DNA of 62,008 nucleotides, counting the filler. It is 12 parts of 12 records of this genome, joined end to end, with 100 filler letters (N's around TTAATTAATTAA, not from the genome) between each part and the next. Parts side by side here need not be neighbours in the genome. Positions count along the whole stretch, not along the records: positions 43,703 to 47,329 come from SRR7504441_3628; positions 47,430 to 50,964 come from SRR7504441_3634; positions 51,065 to 58,574 come from SRR7504441_3636; 9 more parts are not named here. The stretch is one strand, 5' to 3'. This document shows, one piece after another, positions 45,074 to 57,228 of the stretch. The notes beneath the pieces were generated by a model, which searched no databases, had not been told where the DNA came from, and saw only the letters and a list, made by a program, of their open reading frames with translations. Made by a program: the position numbers and the translations under genes. Each line of letters opens with the position of its first letter. Position 1 is the stretch's first letter.

Positions 45074-47104
45074 ATGAGGCCAAATAATGCCAAGAGACAG
45101 CGTATCGAGCCGGGTGGGGTAGCGACGGTGGCCCAGGGGATGCTCGCCGGGGCGGCCAAGGGGCTCCAGTCACTACAGAACCTGTGGCGCTCGCGCCAGC
45201 TGCTCAGGCGGCTGACGATTCAGAAAGCATGGGACACTCTGGAGGCCGCCGAGGAGCGCGAGTCCGCTTGCAACAGCGGACTGCGGGAAGCACGCAAGGC
45301 GTTCGACGCAGTTAATCTGGTTGCTCATACAGCTGTTTCTGTGCCTGATGAACCCAATGCGGGGGTTGACCCGGCCGACGGTGGCGACAGCGGCGAGGGC
45401 CCGACCGAGGCCGCCTCGGAAGCTCTGCAGCTGGGCGAGGCGGCGCTGGTTACTATGGACTTTATGGAGAAAATGATCGAAGAATTTAGGCGTGACAAGC
45501 GGCTGCCCCGGAGTACCGTGGTGCAGATCGCCAACCGAGCCGAGGCCAGGTTCCGATCGCAGCCAAACGTCACCCATTGCTGGCCCGAGCCGAGCGGTTC
45601 AGTGACGGTAGTGGGCGACATCCACGGGCAGCTCAATGACTTACTGCATATATTGTCGAGCAATGGGATGCCCTCCCGAGCCAACCAGTATGTGTTCAAC
45701 GGCGACTTTGTAGACCGCGGCCCACGCTCCATAGAAGTGGTGCTGGTGCTGTTCGGACTGAAGCTGCTTGAGCCGCAGTCGGTCCACCTGAACAGAGGCA
45801 ACCATGAGACTCGGGCGGTCAATTCGGACGTGGACTACTACGACCGGTGCTTTTTCAAGGACTGCACTGCAGCCTACGACCGACAGGTGTATGAGGCTTT
45901 CATGGCAGCCTTCTGCTGGCTGCCACTCGCCACTGTGCTGCACGACCAGGCGCCACAACGGCTAACTAACTGAGTTTAACGGCCGGTCCAGGTGTTTATA
46001 GTGCACGGCGGGCTCTCGTGGCAGCCAGACCTCTCACTTCAGGCAATTGGACAGATTGAGCGGTCAGTTGACGACCCTGCGTATGGCTCGGTACTGGAGG
46101 ACCTGCTCTGGTCAGACCCGACCGCCGACCCAAGCATGCAAGGCCGGGTCAAGAGCGCGCGGGGATGCGGTGTGGAGTTTGGTGAGGCGGTAGTGGATGA
46201 GTTCCTGGCAGCCAATCCAGGGCTGACACGCATCCTGAGGAGCCATGAGCTTATGCAGGAAGGATACCAGGCCGTGTTCAGTGATAAGCTGGCCACTGTA
46301 TTCTCGGCGAGCAACTACTGCGGTGATTGCGCGAACCAGGGCGCGGTGGTGGTCTTCTCAGCTAGTCCTGACGGTTGCCTGCAGCATACGGTGGGGAGCC
46401 AGCCCCGCTTTTGAATGGTGAGTGTGCCACAGGTGAATCGGTATATGGCCGAGACCCTCGGCGCTGAGGTGCAGCTCTGGCTCCGGCGGGCGGCTGAGTC
46501 TGTTAAGGGTCGGCTCAACCACCGAATATTGGCACAGCATGACCGACTCTCCGCCAAGTTTGCACAAGTTGCAGCTGGGTCTACGCACGTGAGCTGGGAC
46601 CAGTGGTCGCAAGTGCTCAAGGAGCATCTGCGGCTCGAGATGCCCTGGAGGAGTCTGGCTCGACATCTTGGCCTGGCCGGCTACGCCGCACCGAACATTG
46701 ACTGGGCAAACTGGCTCGCTCAGCACCGACCAGCGGACCAGCCGGCGGCCAAGGCTCCGGCAAGCGTCCACAAGTTGGCTGCTGGGCTTTTGCTGCATCA
46801 GCTACCGCCGCGCAGCCTGTTTGTCTATTGCGACAGCAATGGAGACGGTGAGCTGTCGACCGACGAGCTGCGGAATGGACTACATGCATTGCAGGCTGTG
46901 ATGCCAGGGGATGTGGCACTCACAAGCGAGGAGGTGGAGGAGGTGAGGGAATACTTTGAGGACCGGGTGGACGGCACACTTGGACTGGAGGCTGTGCAGG
47001 CCGGGTTTGAAGCTGCGTGCCCGACGGTCATGCGGCAGCTTGACCGCTTTCGAGCTTGTCGAGTCACGCAATGTACCAAAGATGGCCATGGATCAATGCA
47101 GTAA
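45074..47104 (+). CDS. PPEF: PPEF/RdgC-type Ser/Thr phosphatase (IQ-like motif, PPP domain, EF-hands), 3 exons
   Basis: LQNLWRSRQ; GDIHGQ, GDFVDRG, RGNHE, HGG, RSHE, FSASNY; DSNGDGELSTDEL. GC-AG intron 45950-45991. Confidence 0.85.
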
Positions 47105-47329
47105 GCTAGCTAGCAATTATAAATATAAATATAATTATAATAAGAATCAGCAAATACACGAGCGGTTTGAAATAAAAAATCTGTTAAATTAATAGCTACA
47201 ATTAAATTAAATTCTACTACGGTTCTAATTCTAAACGTCGGGGGATCTAGTCGACGGAAGAGAAAAATTCAGTTAGGAAAGTTATTTTTATCTACCCTAT
47301 GGTTCACTCATCTATAGAACTGCCATAAC

Positions 47330-47429
47330 NNNNNNNNNNNNNNNNNNNNNNNNNNNNNNNNNNNNNNNNNNNNTTAATTAATTAANNNNNNNNNNNNNNN
47401 NNNNNNNNNNNNNNNNNNNNNNNNNNNNN
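47330..47429. other. Artificial contig-joining spacer
   Basis: N44-TTAATTAATTAA-N44. Confidence 0.98.
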
Positions 47430-48633
47430 CGTGGAGCAGGACTACAGCAAGGCGGCCGGGCTGTGGCAGCAGGCTTCCTACCAGGGACATGTGAATCCAG
47501 CATTACTGCAGTACCGTCTCAAAATGCTGGGCTACCAGGACACGGACGTGGAGCAGGACTATAGCGAGGCTCTCCTGGCCAAATCCATAATCCAGGATGC
47601 GCATCCTGAGCTCGGCGTGGACTGCAGGCTGCCACTGCTCCATCTCGACGCCGTCGCCGTAGAGCACCTCCTGCCTTGGTTCACAGCGGCGGAACTCAAT
47701 CAGCTAGGAACAGCCTGCAAGACACTTGTGCGGATCTGCCGTGATCGCATGGTCTGGCGTAGGCTGCTTGGTCGCAAGTGGGGCCTCAGCGTGCGACTGG
47801 ACTGGACTGGAGATGTACGGGAGATGTACCGAAAGCTGCGGCGAACGCTGGGGCCCTGTGATCGGCCCTTAGTATCGCCAACATGCCTAGAGCCGGTGAC
47901 TAGGGTGTGTACCCTGCCTTCAGATGTGATGCTACTGCTTGAGCTGCAGCTGCCGACCGGAACCATGCTACGCTTGACGAGCAATTTCGATACAAGCAGC
48001 GGGTCGATGCAACGCGTCCGGCGTGTCGAACATCCATGTGGGGGCACTGATGACAACATCCATGACCACAACGCTGTCAACGCCCATCCATATTGGGGCG
48101 TTGTGTTTAGCCACCCCGATGTGCATCACGCATTCGACGAGACTGGTGCTTGGGGTTATGGTACAAGTACCCTATTTCTGGTACGCAAATTTGATGGCAA
48201 GGTGGTGACCGTGCCTCTCCAAGGCCACGAGTGGGGAGCTTACGAGGGCGAATTTTGGCCATCACCAGGTGAGGCCCAGCTGCAACGCCTCGCTGCTCTA
48301 CGTGATGGCCTAGCATCCACAGAGCTCAGCGTCGAGATCACCCAGATCTGGAAGGACGGCGAGCTTGACGAGCAGAACATGCGAAATAATATTGCAGCCG
48401 ACAAGGTAGCCTTATTCATACGGCTGTGGAAGTGGACGAGATTACGTCAAGACCATAAAACAGGGGTCTGCTGTGGTGGCATCGGCACAATGGGCAGTGT
48501 GGAAGATTGGATCCGTCGAGAATTGGGTCACCAACCAGAAGATGTTGTTTTGCACCCAGTGGACCTAGATTACCAGTACCCGGATATCGCGGATATTCCT
48601 CGGGATACACTCAGTGGGTTGGCGTGGAAATGA
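47430..48633 (+). CDS. SEL1-repeat plus F-box-like protein (5' partial, intronless)
   Basis: VEQDYSKAAGLWQQASYQGH and VEQDYSEA; LLHLDAVAVEHLLPWFTAAELNQLGTACKTLVRICRDRMVWRRL. Confidence 0.65.
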
Positions 48634-49011
48634 TCGCGCTGTGGGTGTACCATAACACCTTAAGGCTTGCATGCAATGGAGATATGCATGCCGTGCATGC
48701 ATGCAGTGATGCACACACAATAACACGTACAATTAACGTAACAACCATATTAACGTAATAGCTTCACACAATGTGAAAAATCCGTACATGTATCGAAATT
48801 TTGTAACTAGAGCTTCACTCGAGATCGTTCGGACGCGAGGCATTCCTATTCATGATCAGCCATTCATGTACTGCGTAGATTCACTAGATCTATACCAAAC
48901 ATATGCTATGTTCTACAGTAGTCTAGGCGTCTACCAAGGGTCCACATTTATGTAAAGGGAGAATTATTAAATCTTCCTACAGCTACACTGCTCGGTGTGC
49001 TGGCTAGCGCT

Positions 49012-50964
49012 CTAGGCCTCCTTGAGCCCGGCCCAACGGCCAGCCACCCCCGAGGCCAGCACCCCCCACAGGCACCCCGCCGCACCACAATGAGCTGCCA
49101 GCACCGCCCCGTACGTGACAGCCCCGTAGCCGTGTCCGTTGACAAAGCTCTGCAGCGCCTTGTTGCCACAGGCATAGATCACCATCGTGCTCATGGATCC
49201 CAAGCTGATGATGCTCGCCCGGTGCTGCAACCCCTTAGGTTACCGGAGAGGCGCGCTGTTGATACCGTGTCTTCGATCAGGCCGTTGATCCGAGTAGACA
49301 GGTGCAGATCGGCCGTCATATGCGCCGCAACAAACACTCCACACCCGACCAGCCCGCACCTGCCGCTATAAAGTTATGCTGTTGATATTAATACACGCAC
49401 CAGCTGGGCGCCCCGACCGCCAATAGCCCGAACAGCCCTCCTGCGCAGCAGAGCAGCACCTGAGGCGTCAGTCAATAACAGATCGTTTCCTGATCAGGAA
49501 GGCGGCAGCGTCACCGGAAGAGAGCTCACCTAGAAAGCAGTTAATTGCAGTTAAAAGCAGTTACGCACCCAGCTGAGGCGATTGAATGCAGTTGGCGCCG
49601 CGCCTGTGAGTCAACAGATCACTACTCGACTAGCCAAGGCGACGGGTCACTAGCCAGCAGCAGCGGCGGGATCCGCGACAGCGTCAGCCCGGCCCAGGCG
49701 ATAGGCGCGCACGGGCAATTCGCCTGAGAGCCCGACAGTCGCTGATACCAATTGAATTAAACCACCTGGTCGTCGCAGATGCCCGCGCAGAGAGGGTCAA
49801 CTATCTGGAACATGATGGTGTAGACGAATGCACCCCAGAGCCCTGCAACAATCAGTCATAAACAGGCAGAGGAAGTGGTTGGGACACACCGCGGAGCAGC
49901 AGAAGTCGCTGGCAGCGGCGCGGGACCACCTGCGAGAATCAGTCACCCAGCCACATTGCGAGAATCAGTCACCAGCCGGGCCCACGCTGCTGGCTCCGGG
50001 CTCGCTCGGACCTCGGATATCTGCATATACGCGACCAATCCGACGCCGTGCAGCAGCAGCTCGATGGTCAGCAGCAGCTCAAACCGGGCCCCAAACCACA
50101 CCTGAGGCACAAACCCCGTTGGAGGCGGCTGCCCAACCGTGGAGGCACCAGCAGCGCAGCGGCGCCGTTGCCGAGGAGGTCGAGCAGCATGGCGTTACCT
50201 AGAATAACAGCAGAGGTCATTCCCTGATCGGATGACAGTCAGCCACCGTCAATCTGGCCCTTCTGGCGCTGGTAGAGCTCATCGAGCTTCGGCCCGGGCG
50301 GCAGCCGCGACTGGTGCCGGCACAGCTCGTGCAGCAGCGCCTCCAGCGAGCCTGAGTACAGCGCCTGCGAAGACTATCCGCCAGCCGCTGGTATTATTAG
50401 GAATGACCTGGCCGGCCGCCTCCAGGAAGGCCGAGACGTTACTGGCGAACGAGATATCAATGAACCCCCACAGCGCCCTGGAGGCCCCATCACTCCACAG
50501 CATTTCTATCGGCACCGGGCGGTGGCGAAGCACCCAACCGACATGGCCAGCGCGGTCCGCCGGCCGATCAAGTCGGCCACCACTCCGGACGGGATCTCCC
50601 AGAGCGCCATGTAGATCGAGAACATCATCAGCGGGTAGCTCAGCTCCGACTCGGCCCAGCCGCCCGACTGGCTGCGCCAATAGCCCACCTATCACCCGGC
50701 AGCCATCAGCCACCAATGCACACTCGTGGATCGCAGCGCACCATCAGCGCCGGAGTCAGCCAGAACTTGTGGATTTGGGCGGCCCGCGCCCACCACAGTC
50801 CGTTGCCCAGCCGCCCGCCGCCGCCGCCAGCCGCGCGTTCTCGGTCCAGGACCATCGCTCGCCAAGTCTCAACCGCTGTTGTTGTCCGCTGTGTTGTCGG
50901 ACGAGCTCAGAAAGACAGGAGACAATGCCACCTCCTTGTGCTTGGCCTCGAGCGCCGCGTACTT
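49012..50964 (-). CDS. MFS transporter (5' partial, intron-rich)
   Basis: WEIPSGVVADLIGRRTAL (motif A); spliced ALYSGSLEALLHE; many hydrophobic exons. The 3' end is approximate. Confidence 0.7.
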
Positions 50965-51064
50965 NNNNNNNNNNNNNNNNNNNNNNNNNNNNNNNNNNNN
51001 NNNNNNNNTTAATTAATTAANNNNNNNNNNNNNNNNNNNNNNNNNNNNNNNNNNNNNNNNNNNN
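50965..51064. other. Artificial contig-joining spacer
   Basis: N44-TTAATTAATTAA-N44. Confidence 0.98.
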
Positions 51065-54000
51065 CCGAAGGGTTTGCGCAGCTCGTGCCCGAGCTGTTTG
51101 CTCCGCTGGTCCAAACTCTCAGCAGGCGCGGGCAACTGTTGGGAGGCGTGCGGTGCGTGGCCTCGATGCTGGCCCGGATGGCCAGCGGGGATGCGACCAA
51201 CTTCCTGGACTCGCACACCAATGCGCTGCTGATAGCGCTCTTCCCGCCTATGTGCAGCCCTACAGCCGAGCTCGGGTCGGGCCAGGCGCGGGTGAGGTCC
51301 GAGGTGCTCCGGTGTTTCGAACTATTGGTTAAAGTTCGGCCAAACTTCGTGCTCCGGTTCCTGATGGGCAAGATCGAGGACCCGCGGGCCCAGGTGGAAT
51401 ATGCGGGCTCGCTTGGGGTGCTCAGGCATCTGATGGCCCACGACGAAGAGGACCTCGTCAAGCACAAGAAGGCGCTCGTGCAGCAGGTGGCCCGGCTGGC
51501 GGCCGGACCGCATAGCCCGGCGGTGGCCCGGGAGATCGGGCAGCTCACCATCGCCTTCTCGTCCAAGGGCTGGCTGGACGAAGCCTCAGCGCGCGTGTTC
51601 ATCCCGAAGCTGCTCCAGCAAGCTGCCCAGTCAGATGCGGCGATCACAGCTGCCGTGGCTCGGCTCAAGCCAGCAGACCAGGTGGCCAGCCGGCAGTCAC
51701 TGGAACAGCTGCGGACAATGAGCGACCACATTCTGGACCTGCTCACCAAGGGAGCCGACCAGTCGATGCTACCGCTGCTCTGGTCTCAGTTTGTTCCGGC
51801 GCTGACCAACAACGCGCTAGCAGGAGCGCTAGGGATCGTGTGCAAGTGCATCAGTGAGATCGGCTCGCGCAATCTGGACGGGCTGGCGCTACCCCAGCAG
51901 AACATCGCCTGGGCAGACGGGCTTGCGTGTCCGCCTGAGGATTCGGATGCGCAGACCATCCCAAAACAGGTGATGACAGTCCGTCTGACTGCACTACTCG
52001 GGATGCCCCACGAACGCAACCAGCTGGGTCTGAACCTGCTCTCGGCGATGAAGGTGCTCGCCAAGCCGATAGCTCCCAAGCTGCAGCAGCTCTGGGGTTC
52101 AGCCACCACCCAACTAGCCTCCCATCTGAGCCAAGCAGCCGATACGCTAAAGCAGCCGTTCTGGGAAGAGCAACTGATCCGGCTCTTCTCGGCGACCAGT
52201 GACGTTTGTGTGATCAGCGACACGAACGTGGCTGGTCACTGGACCGGTCTAGAGCTGGCGCAGGCGCTCACTGACCAGATAAAGGGCTGCACCGGCGTGC
52301 TGGCTGGAGCCAGGCCGGTGTTATTCAAGTATCTCGGACTCACGCTGCGTAAGCTCGAGCCGGAGCACGTACCGGCCCAGCTGGACTGCATGTTTGCACT
52401 GGCCAACCACGGGTTAGCAGTGGAGCAGGAAGCAATGGCCCAGGGGATTGGATTCTGTGCAACAGTACATCTGGAGCTGCTAGTGACCAAGGTGGGCTAT
52501 CCTGCGGGGTGGGCGCTGAGCTGGTGGGTTGTTACAGGTCAACTCGGTGTTGAGTGAGGCCTCCAGCTCGGGCAAGGGAGGGGCTGGAGGATGGAGCATG
52601 TTCTCCGGGCAGAAGCCAGGCAAGGCAACAACAGAACCGCTGCAGGCGTCGGTGCTTCTGTGCATTGGCTGGATTGCTGTGTACGCGCCTTCTGAGCTGG
52701 TCGAGCAGCATGTGGAAGAACAACTGGTGAACACGCTGACCCCGATGCTCTGGGATGTTAAGACTGACTTCCTCCGCGCAGTGGCTCTTCGGTCGATTGA
52801 ATTGATTTGCAAGGCGCTGCACAGTAAGCACCCGGGCAAGGTCGATGTGCTTAAGCAGCGGGATGAGCTGGTGGATCACTGCATATCGCTGCTGTCGAGT
52901 ACACCTGAGGAAGGACACAAGAGCAAGCTCCTTGGGATGCATGCGTGCACCCGGTTGGTGTTGCTTGAGCCGCCCCTTTCTCTCGAGGCGACCTCTCGGC
53001 TGGTGGAGACTGCATTGCCGTTCCTGTCCCTCGACGGGGAATCCATCAAAGAGCTCTTGTCGGCAGTGTGCGACATGCTGGCTGCCATTTTACACCAGAA
53101 TTGCTCGCAACAGTGCCTGGAAGCCATGGTAGATATGTTGCAAGGGCTGCTGCAGTCTGATGTGCAGCTTGAGCGTGAACGAGCGGTGATGACCATGCAC
53201 TTCCTACTCACAAAGTTCCAGGAGTACTTCAAAGAGGCACCAGCTGCATCGAGTGCGGATGGCGACCACTCTGAGCAATGCAGTCGATGCTTTGCGATGC
53301 TCTTGCCACGCGCTGTAGATGAGGCTGAGTCCATTCGGACTCTGGCGGTCAAGGCTGCTAGGACTGTGCTCACCCTGCAGACGGAGCTAATGGGAGGCTC
53401 AGTCAAGTTTGCAGACACCATCAAGACTATACTCGACAACTTGAGCTCAGCAGGAATGCAGCTCAAACAGCATGTTCAACCAGAACAGGAAATGGAAATG
53501 ACTCCGTCTCAGGAGCTGCAAACAATGGTGTTTATAGAGCAAGCAGTGGAAGGTCTGTGCCCGCTGATTTCGCATATTCAGGTCCAAGTCCTCACACGGG
53601 TGCTTCTCGATGTCATGAGCAATGAGCAAGAGCAGATTCTCTGCGCCCGTGCCGCTGCATGCGCCTTCACGTTGCTGTTGCGCGATAAGGTCGATGGAAT
53701 GGCCGGATCCGTGGTTCCAATCCTCGAGGAATGTATGGATCCCCTTGCACAAGTGGGCTACCAGCCGACTCTGAGCACTGCCATTTCAGGAGTGGCGTGC
53801 CTAGCATCCAGGTGTCTTGCACACGAGCCCAGACTGACTTCTTTTATATCAGGCACTTGCCGGAAGCCCTGCCCGTGATTTTGGAGCAGCCAATACCACA
53901 TTCTCTGGTGGTGGTCTCCCTGCTACAAGGAGTCGCCAGAGAGAACACGAAGCCTGCCGAGGCGAATGGTGACTGCTACCTTTACAGCTCAGAACTCAAT

Positions 54001-55655
54001 CGCCGTGGGCAGGGACTGAGCTATTGGAGCTGCTGCTTGATGCGGTATTCGCTGATGAAGGTGACGCTCCTGAGTCAACAGAAGCAAAGGCAGAAGAAGG
54101 GGACAAGGATGCCGAAGAAGAGGAGGACGTGGTGGCTGACAGCTCCTCTCTTCTGAGCTCTTCAGTGGCTGCTTTGAGCGAGTGTCTGTGTGTTGATGAT
54201 GTTGCCCTTACGGCAGCCAGCCCAAAGTGGCTTCCAAAGCTTTTTACAGCTGCCATCATAGCTATCAGTTGCACTCGTTATTCCCAGTCGCAAGGCTGCA
54301 TCGGCCAAGATGAAGGCGCTCTGACGATTGATGATGCGGTTGAGGTGACCACGCTGTTTGTCCGGTATGGCTGATTGAAGGGTTCAGATGACTTCAGTCC
54401 TCCTCCGCCGCAATGGTAGCACCACAGTGCTGGAGGTGACCCCGGACAGTGACCATGTTTTGTTTGTGAGCCCACAGCGCAGGTGCTCGAGTCACTTAAC
54501 GACGAGCTGCTAAGTTCAACCATTTCAAGCGCAGTGGGCGCATTTAGTGATGCAATTGCTCAGTACATCCAACCTCGCTCGTTGCTGTCAGGCTGGGTAG
54601 AGTGCTGCTTGCCGCTGTTGGGAGAAGGCGTTTCAGAGCCCCGCCAATTGGCAGCTGCAACCTGTCTGGGATCTGTGCTATCTCATGTTAATGGTAGCAA
54701 GCCTAGGGTCTGGCGTCATCTGAGTGAAGGGTGTGCAGCTGAATCCAGCGCCCTGAAAACAGGGTCGCGACCACTAGTGAGTGCGATTGTCAGTGCACTG
54801 CTACAAACAGCATCAGTTAAGTCCGAACTGGTTCGACATATTGTCTTCCAGTCTCTCAAAGGCCTCGTACATGTACCTCCAGCTGACGTCGCCGAGCTGA
54901 TTCCGCTCGCTGTTACGACTTTAGGCAACGCTCTGTGTGATGAGGTAACGCTGCGAATGTATGATGAGCGCTAACAGTTGACACAGGAGGCTCACATCAC
55001 TTGCATCGCCGCGTCTCTGCTGTCCCAGATTCTGAGCAGGTGTGAGAGCTATAATTATGAGCTGATGGAGGGCGTACTTCACACATTCCTTAGCTGTGCT
55101 CAAGAGATGCTTGAGAGGCCAGAGGCCTCACTGCGTGAGAGTGCTGCCGGGCTAGTCGCAGTTTTGTGCAAGCAGGGCACGGGCATAGAGAGCAAAGTGT
55201 ATCGCCTGCTTCCTGGCCTGCTGTTGCATCTGGACGCGTTGGATTTGGCAGTCCGCTCGGCCTGCGGGTCTGCACTCAAAGAATTCGCGGCTCACCCGCT
55301 CATGACCGAGCTTCGTACCATAGTCGACAGCTGGTGTGCAGACACAGCTGGGGAATGGGATGCTTTAGAAAAGCTGTTTGCCGAAACCGCGTGCTTACTA
55401 GCATCCAAGGAAGCTGAGGAGTCGATGGCCCGCAGAGCACTTGAGTCATGCTCACGGATGCTATGCAGTCAAGCCGTGCGCACCCGTTGTGCTGCCGCAT
55501 GTTTTGGGTTGATTTTGCTCTCCAAAGTCACGGCTGCTGAAAGAGAGTTGCTCAACGGAGCTGGGTTTCTGGGTGATGTGCTCGAGATGTTGCAGAATGA
55601 CGATGACGAGTACGTGCGGGCTCATATCGCTCAAACCTTGGGGAACTGCCAGTAA
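51065..55655 (+). CDS. MROH1: Maestro HEAT-like repeat protein (MROH1-like), 5' partial, multi-exon
   Basis: EVLRCFELL..FLMGKIE..GSLGVLRHL; AQGIGFCATVHLELLVTK; LCIGWIAVYAP; ERERAV; LLLHLD..VRSAC; Leu-rich HEAT character over about 1400 codons. Confidence 0.7.
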
Positions 55656-55824
55656 GGTCAATCAACTGAATACGTATACGTACTTCATGTGATTGATTTT
55701 GCGTGATTTTTAATTAATTGTTCTAAATTGCTTCCCATGTACGGTATGCGAAGTACTTAGGATACTACACTAGATCCGCACAATTGGTTGTGCTCCTTAT
55801 AAATGTGCTTTAAGGCTGGCGGCC

Positions 55825-57156
55825 CTACTTGCGATTGAGGTTGTGAGCAAATCTTTGCCAGGCCACGGCCGGATTGCGTAATCGAATCGTGTGCAGCAAG
55901 TAGATGGCCACCGTGAATACAGTGAGCGCTCCGGCCTGATGGGCTGCCCCGAGCTGCACCGGCACCGCGTAGTGCAGCGTGGTGATTCCCAGTCCCACCT
56001 GTGCCACAGTGGCCCCCAGCAACAGCCCGACTGCCATCCGAGCGTCCTTGGGCAGCTGAAGCGAACGGGCATAAGCCGCAATCCCGGCCACGCTGGTGAG
56101 CGTGCTCACGGCCAGCACCCGGTGATCGAACTGCACCGCGGCCACGTTCTCAAACATGTTCCTGTACCAGGGCTGCAGCTCCCAGTAGCGCTCTGGGAAC
56201 AACTGGCCATCCATCAGAGGGAACGTGTTGTAGTGGTGCCCCGCCTTCATCCCGGCCACGAACGCTCCCGAGATGGCCGTCACCCCGATCAGGAAGGCGG
56301 CCGGGTGCGCCACCCGCCGGAGCTTGAGGACCGACGCCAGCTGGGCTGGAGGCAACTCAGGTGGCACCCGGGCGTACACAGAGAGGCCGGTCCAGAGGAT
56401 GCCGGTGTAGATGGTGAAGGCTCCGAGAAGGTGGGTGGCCAGTCGGTACGGGCTGACGCGGACTATACTGTCATCGCCTGTGGACCTGCATGTCGACTCC
56501 TCCAGGCCACTCTTGACCATCCACCAACCGATCGCGCCCTGGCATCCACCCATCGTGAAGAGCGCTCCGAGCCGCCAGGCCAGCGGCGTCTTAACGTACC
56601 CCCGCATGGCAAAGTAGGTGGCCGGCACCGCGAAGAGCACCCCGATGGCCCGGCCAAGCATCCTATGCCCGTATTCGAACCAGAAGATCGGCTTGAACTG
56701 GTCGAGCGACATGTCCGGCCGGAGCTCCTTGAATTCAGGGAACTGCTTGTACTTGCCAAACTCCACCTCCCACTCCTCCTGGCTCAGCGGCGGGAGCAGC
56801 TGCCGCGGCTTCCACTCCACCATCGAGAGCCCCGAGTGGGTGAGCCGGGTCACCCCTCCCAGGATCACCATCGAGAACACCACCGCGCACGACCCGAACA
56901 GCCAGACCGCCACCGGCCGGCGGCCGGCCTCTGAGGTCAGCTCGGCCCAGAGCTTGATTGGGAGCCGGTCCACGCGCATCACCTCCGGGGCCGCGGGCTG
57001 ATGAAGCGGGATCGCCAGAGTTGACTTGCCCCGGGCGGCCGACTGGATCGACCGTCCGATCCGCCCGAAGCTGGCCTGGAAACGCCCAGGCGTCGCCCGC
57101 ACGAGCCGCCGCGGGAGCGAGCCGGAGAGCAGCCGCGAGCACCGCTGGAGCAACAT
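55825..57156 (-). CDS. COX15: Heme A synthase COX15 with mitochondrial presequence, intronless
   Basis: LGGVTRLTHSGLSMVEWKP, EFGKYKQFPEF, FWFEYGHRMLGR, QGAIGWWMVKSGL, VSPYRLATHL, SGAFVAG..YNTFPLM, VQFDHR, AAHQ. ATG at 57156. Confidence 0.95.
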   Translation of the reverse strand: MLLQRCSRLLSGSLPRRLVRATPGRFQASFGRIGRSIQSAARGKSTLAIPLHQPAAPEVMRVDRLPIKLWAELTSEAGRRPVAVWLFGSCAVVFSMVILGGVTRLTHSGLSMVEWKPRQLLPPLSQEEWEVEFGKYKQFPEFKELRPDMSLDQFKPIFWFEYGHRMLGRAIGVLFAVPATYFAMRGYVKTPLAWRLGALFTMGGCQGAIGWWMVKSGLEESTCRSTGDDSIVRVSPYRLATHLLGAFTIYTGILWTGLSVYARVPPELPPAQLASVLKLRRVAHPAAFLIGVTAISGAFVAGMKAGHHYNTFPLMDGQLFPERYWELQPWYRNMFENVAAVQFDHRVLAVSTLTSVAGIAAYARSLQLPKDARMAVGLLLGATVAQVGLGITTLHYAVPVQLGAAHQAGALTVFTVAIYLLHTIRLRNPAVAWQRFAHNLNRK

Positions 57157-57228
57157 TGCGCAGGCCGTGCGGAGAGAGAGGCGCGACTCCCAGTCTTTCC
57201 GTTGGCGTTGCTCAGCTCGCTGCGCCGT

